Shown here: piece after piece, positions 1 to 7,890 of the stretch
Layout: each line of letters begins with the position of its first letter
Numbering within the stretch: the stretch's first letter is position 1
Origin: a virus
Taxonomy: Duplodnaviria > Heunggongvirae > Uroviricota > Caudoviricetes
Virus record (IMG/VR): IMGVR_UViG_2563366842_000009
DNA: 29,651 bases
Reading direction: 5' to 3' (one strand)
Position numbers and translations under genes: made by a program
Notes under the pieces: generated by a model
What the model was told of the DNA's origin: nothing
What the model saw: only the letters and a program-made list of their open reading frames with translations
The model's database searches: none

Positions 1-14
1 AACACGAGCAAACA

Positions 15-47
15 GATAAAAAAGGGCCAGCCAATTGGCCAGCCCTT
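15..47 (-). terminator. Near-palindromic hairpin (aagggccagccaattggccagccctt, 22..47) flanked by an A-run on the plus strand, i.e. a U-tract for minus-strand transcripts; candidate intrinsic terminator downstream of int or of a flanking host gene
   Basis: 11 of 13 stem positions pair when folded; aaaaaa immediately 5' on the plus strand. Confidence 0.4.
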
Positions 48-171
48 CTTAACAGGATGTCGCTTAAGCGAAACCTTAGTTAAGACGCTCCTATTAACAC
101 CCCATACCAAACAAGCACTTATCATATAAAACAACTAGTTAAAGTAATTTTTAATGCAATGAATTGCAGTG

Positions 172-1221
172 CTATGAAACCTCTGCCGCCACATTGTCGC
201 CAACATACAGCGATAACGGATTGAGGGTGACAGCTTGTTCAAGGTGGTCAGGAGCAAAGTGTGCATACTTCATTGTTTCTCGAATATTGGCATGCCCGAG
301 AATTTTCTGCAGCACCAGTATATTCCCGCCGTTCATCATAAAATGTGCACCAAAAGTATGACGCAAAACGTGCGTCTTCTGCCCTTCCGTCAATTCAATA
401 TTCGTTAGTTTGAGCATCTTTTTAAACTCCTGATAGCAGGGTTTAAACATTCTGCCTTGACGTTCGGACAACTCGTCGTACAGCCATTTAGGGATAGGAA
501 CTGTGCGATTCTTCTTACCTTTGGTTTTGGTGAACGTCAGTTTATATGGAGAAAGTTGCGGGCGGGTCAATCTCTCCGCTTCCCCCCATCGAGCGCCGGT
601 TGCAAGGCACACCTTAACAATCATGGTGAGGTCTTCTTTGCCGTATTGCTCGCAGGCTCGAAACAGCTCAGGGAGTTGAGACAAAGTCAGCCATGACATT
701 TCTTTCTCAGCTTCTTTGAATACTCGGATCCCATCAAGTGGATTGGGTAGGCTCCATTCCCCTAACCGGCGGAGCTCATTAAACACTGCTTCTAGGTATT
801 GTTGTTCGCGATTGACGGTTATAGGTTTGGCGATCCATTTCGAGGGGTCTTTATGATAACCATTGTCTATTTCACCACGTAATCGACGGTCACGATAATG
901 AGCCCAGTCTTTCGCGGTAAGGCGAGATGCAATCGGGTCGCCAAGTCCATTACATACGATTTGAAGCTTTGCAAACCTCGACTTACTGGCGACTAACGCT
1001 TGACCGTGCAAATTGTGCCAAAGCTGAATAATCTCGCTTAAGCGTCGGCGGTCTTCTTTCTTGCCGAGCCACGGCTTATCTTCACTCTCGCTTTTGGTAA
1101 ATGCTTCGAATGCCTCGGCCTCACCTTTGGTATTGAATTGCCGACGTATACGCCGCCCTTCTCTACCATTTGGATAGAGCTCGCATAACCATTTGCCATT
1201 TTTTTGCTTACTTACAGTCAT
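172..1221 (-). CDS. int: Phage integrase, tyrosine recombinase (P2/186 Int family)
   Basis: 349-aa ORF at the prophage end adjacent to the repressor; C-terminal catalytic region with LRHTFGAHF, LGH and a Tyr-containing tail typical of tyrosine recombinases. Confidence 0.9.
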   Translation of the reverse strand: MTVSKQKNGKWLCELYPNGREGRRIRRQFNTKGEAEAFEAFTKSESEDKPWLGKKEDRRRLSEIIQLWHNLHGQALVASKSRFAKLQIVCNGLGDPIASRLTAKDWAHYRDRRLRGEIDNGYHKDPSKWIAKPITVNREQQYLEAVFNELRRLGEWSLPNPLDGIRVFKEAEKEMSWLTLSQLPELFRACEQYGKEDLTMIVKVCLATGARWGEAERLTRPQLSPYKLTFTKTKGKKNRTVPIPKWLYDELSERQGRMFKPCYQEFKKMLKLTNIELTEGQKTHVLRHTFGAHFMMNGGNILVLQKILGHANIRETMKYAHFAPDHLEQAVTLNPLSLYVGDNVAAEVS

Positions 1222-1243
1222 AATGTCACCGAAGCAACTCTAA

Positions 1244-1582
1244 TTATTCGCAAAGTGCTGTTGCGGCATCCATTACAGGATCCAAAGGAATTTTTACACC
1301 TGCATACTCTGGACTGTCTTTCCAAACAGCATCAATATTGCTCCCCTCAAGCTTTCCAGACTTTACTCCATCAATAGCAAAACCATTTAATGGGTATCGG
1401 TCATCAGTTGCTTTGTCGTACACAAAGGCATACTTACCGTTGACGCAAGACACCGTAGCTTTTTCAAAAGTTAACGGCCAATCATCACCAAACTTAGTGC
1501 CGTCTAAATCCTGTGTTTTTTCAGAGGCTAAGGAGCCAAAAGAAAAGGTAAGAAGCATAGCTAAAAAGAGTTTACGTTTCAT
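1244..1582 (-). CDS. Small secreted (signal-peptide) protein, cargo/moron between cI and int; function unknown
   Basis: Start taken at the internal Met (MKRKLFLAMLLTFSFGSLA|SE...) with an AAGGGA RBS 8 nt after the repressor stop; the track ORF extends to 1654 but that overlaps the repressor 3' end. Hydrophobic N-terminal signal peptide with an SLA cleavage-like site, no lipobox Cys. Local GC is visibly lower than the backbone. Confidence 0.6.
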   Translation of the reverse strand: MKRKLFLAMLLTFSFGSLASEKTQDLDGTKFGDDWPLTFEKATVSCVNGKYAFVYDKATDDRYPLNGFAIDGVKSGKLEGSNIDAVWKDSPEYAGVKIPLDPVMDAATALCE

Positions 1583-1590
1583 AATTTCCC

Positions 1591-2451
1591 TTATACGTGT
1601 TTTTCCAATGTGAAAACTACAACCCCGGCAGGCGTAATGTCGGTAATGTTGCATTCAAACTCAGCAGACTTATTTGACAACCTGACTTTTCCACCAGGTA
1701 AACGAATTACATCAAAAACATCAAGAGCGCCGTCGATATCAATTAACCAGCGGCCATTACTTATATTCGAAGCAGAACAGTCGACAAGCCAAGAGGCGGC
1801 CACACCGTCAACAAAAATCAATTCCCCTGAGTTAGAAGGAATCATTGAGGGGTCAGGCTGCCACGTTCCTGCGTCCTTAAGCTCACCAGATTCGAGGCGA
1901 GATTTTTTAATAGAAAAACCAGATGTGACACCTTCCCTGTTAGCTCGCATTTGCCCCTTGCCTGTTGCTAACCATTCCAGTGACGTATCGGTATCAAGAG
2001 CGCATGTAACAACAACATCACCGGGGAAAAAATCTCGCCTTACCCATGTGCTAATTGTGCCAGAGGAAATGCCGAGCAAATCACCAAGCTCCTTTTGCAT
2101 GGTAAAGCCGTACGCATCAAGAATCCTACGCAAAACGGTTTTACCACCATTCGTCATAATCTCGTCATAAAGCTCTTTGCCTTTTAACTTGCAACCGGCA
2201 CGCTCGCAATTTGCATTTGCAAGCTCTCCATTTACAAGCCAATTGATATCAGCTCCCGTGTCAAGACAACACCTAACTATGACGTTGCCAGGTATTGCAT
2301 CACGCTGAACCCAGCCGCTAACGCTGTGTTTAGCGATACCTAGCAGGTCAGCCAAATCCTTTTGCATCTTGACGCCATAGGCTGACATTAAGCGTTCCAA
2401 TACGCCGTTCGTTGCACTAACACGCCACTGAACATCAAGCTCAGAACTCAT
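1591..2451 (-). CDS. cI: CI-type immunity repressor (186 CI family) with a tandemly duplicated N-terminal HTH domain
   Basis: 286 aa. Two adjacent segments (about aa 16-78 and 106-166) are clearly paralogous (VLERLMSAYGVKMQKDLADLLGIAKHSVSGWVQRDAIPGNVIVRCCLDTGADINWLVNGE vs VLRRILDAYGFTMQKELGDLLGISSGTISTWVRRDFFPGDVVVTCALDTDTSLEWLATGK). The C-terminal part resembles the 186 CI C-terminal domain as I recall it (...WLVDI.GA......LPG.K......FEC...). Divergent from the Apl-like gene, upstream of int as in 186. Confidence 0.8.
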   Translation of the reverse strand: MSSELDVQWRVSATNGVLERLMSAYGVKMQKDLADLLGIAKHSVSGWVQRDAIPGNVIVRCCLDTGADINWLVNGELANANCERAGCKLKGKELYDEIMTNGGKTVLRRILDAYGFTMQKELGDLLGISSGTISTWVRRDFFPGDVVVTCALDTDTSLEWLATGKGQMRANREGVTSGFSIKKSRLESGELKDAGTWQPDPSMIPSNSGELIFVDGVAASWLVDCSASNISNGRWLIDIDGALDVFDVIRLPGGKVRLSNKSAEFECNITDITPAGVVVFTLEKHV

Positions 2452-2480
2452 AAAAACCCCTATAGATAATTTTATGGGTG

Positions 2481-2509
2481 TTTACAGAAAACTTTTTACG
2501 ATCTATAGT
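2481..2509 (+). promoter_or_regulatory. Candidate lytic promoter (pR analogue): -35 TTTACA (2481..2486), 17-bp spacer, -10 TATAGT (2504..2509)
   Basis: Sigma70-like hexamers with canonical spacing in the cI/apl divergent intergenic region, about 65 nt upstream of the ATG at 2573, which has an AGGAG RBS. Confidence 0.5.
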
Positions 2510-2572
2510 GGCGTTCATCGACCAAGATGCACACCACTGCACTACATTTCAAACAACAGGAGATAATGCGAT

Positions 2573-2926
2573 ATGTCAGATGCAAAATCAATCCCGCTGC
2601 ATGACACACAAAACTTACAAAATCAAACTGTATTGCTAGACGCTGGTCAGTTCAACGCGCTTGTAACCATGATGCAGCTATCCATGCAAAACATGATTCG
2701 TACAGCGATGTTAGACACCATGTCAGTAAAAGACTTCGCCGCCGCCCGTGGCGTTAGCGAGCGTCTGGTCTGGCAATGGATTGATGAGGGCGTCCTTCTC
2801 AAAGCTCCCACCAAAGATGTTACCAGCAAAGAAAAAGCCGCTAAGCGTAGCCGCACCCTTATCAACGTCAAAGCATGGCGTGACAAACTGACCCAGCAAG
2901 CTATCGATTGCCGTTATATCAACTAA
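2573..2926 (+). CDS. Apl/Cox-like small DNA-binding regulator/excisionase (putative)
   Basis: First gene of the rightward early operon, divergent from cI, the position occupied by apl in 186 and cox in P2. Contains an HTH-like segment (VKDFAAARGVSERLVWQWIDEG). No close recalled match, so assignment rests on position. Confidence 0.5.
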   Translation: MSDAKSIPLHDTQNLQNQTVLLDAGQFNALVTMMQLSMQNMIRTAMLDTMSVKDFAAARGVSERLVWQWIDEGVLLKAPTKDVTSKEKAAKRSRTLINVKAWRDKLTQQAIDCRYIN

Positions 2927-2976
2927 CAGTCATCGCTTAACTGAACTTGATTTTGCAAGTTAAAGGGAGTTACAGC

Positions 2977-3486
2977 ATGTTAGATTTTCGTGTTTCGTCA
3001 CATGCGCACTTTGACGAGGCCTGCAGAAAATTCGCAGCTACTCATAACGTGAAAGAACTAGCGAATAAAGCCGGAATCAAGCCGCATACGCTTTACAACA
3101 AACTCAACCCAGAACAGCCGCACCAGTTAACGCCGCGTGAAATCTGGACACTGACAGACCTGACCGAAGACTCGACTCTCGTCGATGGTTTTCTGGCGCA
3201 GATCCATTGTCTGCCATGCGTACCGGTCAACGAGCTGGCAAAAGAGAAATTGCAATCCTACGTCATGCACGCAATGAGTGAACTAGGCGAACTGGCAAGC
3301 GGTGCAGTTTCCGGCGACCGCCTCACGCCAGCCAAAAAACAAAACATGATTGCTAGCGTAAATGCGGGGATTCGCATGTTGTCATTATCGGCAATGGCGC
3401 TGCATGCACGCCTGCAGACTAATCCCGCTATGTCGAGCGTAGTCGATACTATGAGCGGTATTGGCGCATCGTTTGGTCTGATTTGA
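2977..3486 (+). CDS. cII: CII-like lysogeny-establishment transcriptional activator (186 CII family)
   Basis: Start chosen at ATG 2977 with AAGGGAG RBS, giving 169 aa. Strong similarity to 186 CII as recalled (LNPEQPHQ.TP, TDLTEDSTLVDGFLAQIHCLPCVPVNELAK, C-terminal NPAMSSVVDTMSGIGASFGLI). Confidence 0.85.
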   Translation: MLDFRVSSHAHFDEACRKFAATHNVKELANKAGIKPHTLYNKLNPEQPHQLTPREIWTLTDLTEDSTLVDGFLAQIHCLPCVPVNELAKEKLQSYVMHAMSELGELASGAVSGDRLTPAKKQNMIASVNAGIRMLSLSAMALHARLQTNPAMSSVVDTMSGIGASFGLI

Positions 3487-3493
3487 GGTGCGT

Positions 3494-3721
3494 ATGCTGA
3501 AAAGTGAACCGTCATTCGCGTCTCTGCTCGTTAAGCAAAGCCCCGGCATGCATTACGGCCACGGCTGGATCGCAGGTAAGGACGGCAAGCGCTGGCACCC
3601 GTGCCGCTCACAGTCCGAATTATTAAAAGGGCTGAAAACAAAGTCGCCGAAATCGTCAGGTTTTTTAATTATTCGTATTGTCCACTTTGTAATTAAAGGA
3701 GTGAAACATGTCACGCGATGA
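3494..3721 (+). CDS. Hypothetical early protein
   Basis: ORF immediately after cII with GAGGTG-like RBS before ATG 3494; the 3' part runs into an AT-rich island, so the true extent is uncertain. Confidence 0.35.
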   Translation: MLKSEPSFASLLVKQSPGMHYGHGWIAGKDGKRWHPCRSQSELLKGLKTKSPKSSGFLIIRIVHFVIKGVKHVTR

Positions 3722-3908
3722 ATTAAGAATTGTTTTGGGTGCCATGATTCCAAATATGGAGGAAGGTTTTGAAATTAAAACCCGCGACGGCGCAATACTT
3801 CGCGTTGACCCTGAGTGGGAGTGCTGCAAAGAATTTAAGGATGGATTAAAAGCCGAAATCATCAAGCAGTTAAAAAGCAAGCCTGCTGTTGTATTTGGAT
3901 ATAGTTAA
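3708..3908 (+). CDS. Hypothetical small protein (66 aa) in a low-GC island
   Basis: Strong RBS (AAAGGAG) 6 nt before ATG 3708. Surrounding DNA (about 3640..3960) is markedly AT-rich and bounded by ttaattaattaa, suggesting inserted cargo. Confidence 0.5.
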   Translation: MSRDELRIVLGAMIPNMEEGFEIKTRDGAILRVDPEWECCKEFKDGLKAEIIKQLKSKPAVVFGYS

Positions 3909-3974
3909 TTAATTAAACGTAATTACTTGGCGTAAACCCGCCGGGCATTCTTTTGCCAAAAATCAGGAGGATAT

Positions 3975-4208
3975 ATGAGTCGAACTATTTATTTATCAAC
4001 GCCGAGTAGTGCTGGCGACCACGTGCTGGAGTCTTTGTTTAAAGAAGCCAAAAAAGAAGAGCGCAAAGACCGCGCTCTCGCCGTTTCAATCCGTCTCGAA
4101 GCTCTGGCCGTTCACATTACCAATTCAGATATGACCGGCAAAGAAGCGGCCGAACTGTTGCGCCGTGAAGCAGCCCGCTTTGAGAACGAGTCACAGGAGC
4201 TGCACTAA
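3975..4208 (+). CDS. Hypothetical early protein (77 aa)
   Basis: AGGAGG RBS before ATG 3975; stop overlaps the next start (TAATG), indicating translational coupling. Confidence 0.6.
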   Translation: MSRTIYLSTPSSAGDHVLESLFKEAKKEERKDRALAVSIRLEALAVHITNSDMTGKEAAELLRREAARFENESQELH

Positions 4209-4429
4209 TGGCCGACGCAATTGATTTAGCACAACAGCGTGAGCAGGAAGACCGCGAGCGCCACATCAGCAACGCGCGCAGCCGTATCGCTGCGCCCTCT
4301 CGCTTCCTCTGCGAAGAATGTGACGCACCAATCCCGGAAGCTCGCCGCATTGCGATTCCGGGCGTGGCCTTTTGCGTGACATATCAGCAAATCGCGGAGC
4401 TCAAACACAAACACTACAGGGGCGTTTAA
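4208..4429 (+). CDS. TraR/DksA-family zinc-finger protein (P2 Orf82-like)
   Basis: 73 aa with CEEC...FCVT Cys motif and an N-terminal acidic coiled region; similar small proteins are conserved in P2-like early operons (recalled). Confidence 0.6.
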   Translation: MADAIDLAQQREQEDRERHISNARSRIAAPSRFLCEECDAPIPEARRIAIPGVAFCVTYQQIAELKHKHYRGV

Positions 4430-4819
4430 ATGGTTAATAAACACTTAACAGACAAGCGCGCGCGTCTGCGCAGGGCCGCTCAAGACTACCAATCTACATT
4501 ATCGTGGTATCAAGAAAACCTCGATAGTCCAAATGCAGAACAGGATTGCGATGAGGCAACCGCGGCATTTAAGCGCGAAATCGGCCATCGAGAGACAGAC
4601 ATTATTGCTGACCTGTTGGATGAAATAGACGAGCTCCGGGAATACCGAAAAGCTCGCATTGTTCCTGATGGCTGGATAGCAGTACCTTCGGAGCCTACTG
4701 GCGATATGCTGGCGCGAATCAAGCTTTCTGATATTTGGACAACCGAAGCGCTAACCACCAGATACAAAGACATGCTACGCGCCGCCCCTCGCGCGCCATA
4801 TGAGGGGATAAACAAATGA
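4430..4819 (+). CDS. Hypothetical early protein (129 aa)
   Basis: Translationally coupled ORF in the early operon. Confidence 0.55.
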   Translation: MVNKHLTDKRARLRRAAQDYQSTLSWYQENLDSPNAEQDCDEATAAFKREIGHRETDIIADLLDEIDELREYRKARIVPDGWIAVPSEPTGDMLARIKLSDIWTTEALTTRYKDMLRAAPRAPYEGINK

Positions 4820-5088
4820 GCATTAATATCAGTATTGGCGACAAATGGGTTATTACCAGCGACCAGTATCAATTCATCCTGAATGAAAAGAAGGTCGTTA
4901 AGTCTGGTAAAAAAGCTGGCGAGGAATGGCTCGACACCATCGGTTATTACCCCAAGATTAACCAGCTTATTTCCGGGCTGATTCATCATCATATTCAGCA
5001 GTCATCAATTACCACGCTTGACGCAATGGCATCTGAAATTGAGCGTATCGGAGAAATGTGCGCCTCCTCTATCAAGGCGGCGACATGA
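4816..5088 (+). CDS. Hypothetical early protein (90 aa)
   Basis: ATGA overlap with the preceding ORF; coupled early-operon position. Confidence 0.55.
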   Translation: MSINISIGDKWVITSDQYQFILNEKKVVKSGKKAGEEWLDTIGYYPKINQLISGLIHHHIQQSSITTLDAMASEIERIGEMCASSIKAAT

Positions 5089-5366
5089 GAAAAACACATC
5101 AACTAAAAATTCGGCCTGAGTTTTTTCAGGCTGTCATCAATGGAACGAAAAAAGCCGAGTTTCGTCTTGCTGACCGTGCTTTTGCTGTAGGGGATTTACT
5201 TTGCTTAAACGAGTATGGCCACTGCGAGTATGACCCGCAAAAGGTCGGGTTTACAGGGGCATTTGTCTACGTGCTGGTGACTCATGTAACTGACCTTAGC
5301 GAGTGGGCTCCTGGCTATGTGATGCTAAGCATACAGCGTAGGCAAATGGGGGAACTATGCGGGTAA
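5085..5366 (+). CDS. ASCH/DUF3850-like small protein
   Basis: Start at ATG 5085 (AAGGCGG RBS); the N-terminus (HQLKIRPEFFQAVINGTKKAEFRL.DR.F.VGD) resembles the ASCH-like DUF3850 fold as recalled. Confidence 0.55.
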   Translation: MRKTHQLKIRPEFFQAVINGTKKAEFRLADRAFAVGDLLCLNEYGHCEYDPQKVGFTGAFVYVLVTHVTDLSEWAPGYVMLSIQRRQMGELCG

Positions 5367-7591
5367 GCGTTAATTATGCTTACCCGTGGAACACTCCACG
5401 GTCGGCAATAGCCAGCCCATATCTTACCTATAACCAACAGCATCGCCGCGACCGTATGTTCGCGGCTTTGCTGCATGCGAGAAAGGTGCTTTCTCTGCAG
5501 CCTGAGTGCGTGCGATTTGACGTTTATCGCACCGCTGAAGTGCTGGAACAAAATCAGGGCAGTCAACGAGCCAATGCTTTTTTAATCAACTTCTGCAAAA
5601 AGGCATTGCCGCGTCTTGAACTGGTCGCAAAAAAATATGAGTGTGCAGGCATTAGCAGCGATGTATCAGGCGCTGTTTTCGGTGGTCATTTCGATACGAA
5701 ATATATGCAGTATCTGGCATCACGTATGGTCAATATGGTCGCCAGATACAACCGCCTCCCGGATATGTCGCGTGCCGACATTGACCTGCTTTCTGCTGAT
5801 ATCGCTAATTTTATTCGTGCTGAACTGGCAGAACATGATGACGCTGATTCACATTTCGGCGAGTTGGCGACATTACATGGCTGGTACATGCGCGCCGGAT
5901 TAATTGCGCTGCAATTTGGTGTTACTCCTCCTCATTGGGCGGGACTGACAACAAAATACTTTGACCAGGACAAAGCGGCGCCAGCAATCATGCGCATGTT
6001 TAATGAGGTTTGGTGGCGTGGCCGTCTGCGACGCATTGCTGCGTCATGGCGCGAACATCTGCAAATTGCAGTCGGTAATGTCAGCAAAAAACGACACGCC
6101 TACGCGAGTAAAAATTGTGTGACCGACTGGCGCGAGCAGAAGCGCCGCACGCGTGAATTTCTCAAAGGGCTGGATCTCGAAGACGAAGACGGCAACCGCA
6201 TCAGCCTGATTGAAAAATATGATGGCTCGGTCGCCAACCCTGCGATACGTCGCTGCGAGCTGATGACCCGCATCCGTGGGTTTGAAAATATCTGTAATGA
6301 ACTCGGTTATGTCGGGGAGTTTTACACCCTGACCGCGCCGTCTAAATATCACGCCACAACTAAAGCAGGCTACCGTAACAGCAAATGGAACGGAGCCAGC
6401 CCGTCGGACACGCAGAGTTATCTCACTGGCCTTTGGGCGCGCATACGCGCCAAGCTACACCGTGAAGAAATCCGCATTTTCGGCATCCGTGTTGCCGAGC
6501 CTCATCACGACGGGACGCCTCACTGGCACATGCTTATGTTTATGCTGCCGGAAGACGTTGAGCGTGTGCGCCTCATTATTCGCGATTATGCGTGGGAGGA
6601 AGACCACCACGAACTGAGAAGCGATAAAGCCAAAAAGGCACGTTTTCATGCCGAAGCCATTGACCCGGAAAAGGGCAGCGCTACCGGCTATGTCGCTAAA
6701 TACATTTCCAAAAACATCGACGGATATGCTCTTGATGGTGAAACCGATGACGAAAGCGGTGAGCTGCTGAAAGAGACAGCTCCCGCCGTATCAGCATGGG
6801 CGGCGCGCTGGCACATCCGTCAGTTCCAGTTTATCGGCGGTGCGCCGGTGACGGTCTACCGTGAATTACGTCGTCTCGCTGATACCGAGACCGCGCACGG
6901 TCTGAGCGTTGAGTTTGCTGCCGTCCATGATGCCGCTGACGCCGGTGACTGGGCTGGTTACGTTAATTCGCAGGGTGGTCCGTTTGTCCGTCGCGATGAT
7001 TTACAGGTGCGCACGCTGTATGAGCCGCGCCCCGAGTTTAACCAGTATGGTGAGGAAACCGTCTGCATTCGTGGCGTCTACGACTCTGCTGTCGGTGCTG
7101 GCACCCCGATTTTAACCCGGTTAACGCAGTGGAAAATTGTGCCGAAGCGTGCCGTTGATTTGGCCGTTGACGTTAAGGGCGCTCCTGCGCCCTCTCGGAG
7201 TTCTGTCAATAACTGTACGGGAAGCGAAAGCGATCCACCGGAACTCGATTTATCAAAACCCCTGAGTCGACGTGAAAGACGAGAGCTGACCAACCGACTC
7301 AGGAAGCAAAAGCCAGCAATACGGCGAAAATTCATCCACGGAACGGATGAGCAAAACGCAGCTATAGCTAAAACTATCGACGAGATACAACTGACAACCG
7401 GCATTACAATCGGCCGTGGCGAAGCCCTGCACCTGATGGCCGGTGGTAAAAGTTGTTTTGATGGCAAATGGCTACGCGGAACGGCCAAAGGAGAAATATT
7501 CTTAGCAGCACCATCGCATCAGGCTAAGGCTAGAAAAATCCTTTATCGTGTTGCTGCGATGGCTGAGGCATCAAAACCAATGCCTGAGTAA
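5357..7591 (+). CDS. A: Rolling-circle replication initiator endonuclease (P2 gpA family)
   Basis: 744 aa. HUH-type metal-binding motif (TPHWHMLMF) and catalytic tyrosine motif (GYVAKYISKNIDG) characteristic of P2 A / phiX174 A-type replicases; size and position match P2 gpA. Confidence 0.9.
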   Translation: MRVSVNYAYPWNTPRSAIASPYLTYNQQHRRDRMFAALLHARKVLSLQPECVRFDVYRTAEVLEQNQGSQRANAFLINFCKKALPRLELVAKKYECAGISSDVSGAVFGGHFDTKYMQYLASRMVNMVARYNRLPDMSRADIDLLSADIANFIRAELAEHDDADSHFGELATLHGWYMRAGLIALQFGVTPPHWAGLTTKYFDQDKAAPAIMRMFNEVWWRGRLRRIAASWREHLQIAVGNVSKKRHAYASKNCVTDWREQKRRTREFLKGLDLEDEDGNRISLIEKYDGSVANPAIRRCELMTRIRGFENICNELGYVGEFYTLTAPSKYHATTKAGYRNSKWNGASPSDTQSYLTGLWARIRAKLHREEIRIFGIRVAEPHHDGTPHWHMLMFMLPEDVERVRLIIRDYAWEEDHHELRSDKAKKARFHAEAIDPEKGSATGYVAKYISKNIDGYALDGETDDESGELLKETAPAVSAWAARWHIRQFQFIGGAPVTVYRELRRLADTETAHGLSVEFAAVHDAADAGDWAGYVNSQGGPFVRRDDLQVRTLYEPRPEFNQYGEETVCIRGVYDSAVGAGTPILTRLTQWKIVPKRAVDLAVDVKGAPAPSRSSVNNCTGSESDPPELDLSKPLSRRERRELTNRLRKQKPAIRRKFIHGTDEQNAAIAKTIDEIQLTTGITIGRGEALHLMAGGKSCFDGKWLRGTAKGEIFLAAPSHQAKARKILYRVAAMAEASKPMPE

Positions 7592-7664
7592 TTCATATCC
7601 ATATCATGCACATACAGCAATCACCCTATTCATTTTTTTCTTCCCATCTTTTACCAATACGTGC

Positions 7665-7684
7665 TACTGTATAAACATACAGTA
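7665..7684. promoter_or_regulatory. LexA (SOS) box TACTGTATAAACATACAGTA
   Basis: Perfect CTGT-N8-ACAG dyad with flanking TA/TA, about 20 nt upstream of a GGGAGGG RBS and ATG 7705; corresponds in position to the LexA-controlled p95/tum promoter of 186. Confidence 0.8.
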
Positions 7685-7704
7685 CACCCTATGGGAGGGA
7701 TTTC

Positions 7705-7887
7705 ATGGTTGGCGAACATTTCAGCCGAACGCAGCAAAAGTGGGCTTGTGTGCAATTTATCGCCGAGGTATCTCTGATTGCAAACTGCAAGCCATCAGAC
7801 TTAAAGCTCGCGCTCACTCTCATTGCAGACCTAGCAAACAGCGAAAATAACGAAACCGAAGATGATATTTTTTATAAGGCTGATTAG
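7705..7887 (+). CDS. SOS-operon ORF 1 (60 aa), possible N-terminal part of a Tum-like antirepressor
   Basis: Immediately downstream of the LexA box with a strong RBS; ends at TAG 7885..7887, in the same frame as the DinI-like ORF that starts one codon later. Confidence 0.55.
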   Translation: MVGEHFSRTQQKWACVQFIAEVSLIANCKPSDLKLALTLIADLANSENNETEDDIFYKAD

Positions 7888-7890
7888 ATT

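Noticed and set aside
2510-2572. A convergent pL promoter for cI downstream of pR, as in 186
   Set aside because: I could not find convincing -35/-10 hexamers on the minus strand in this interval by eye, so it is not reported as a feature; transcript mapping would be needed.
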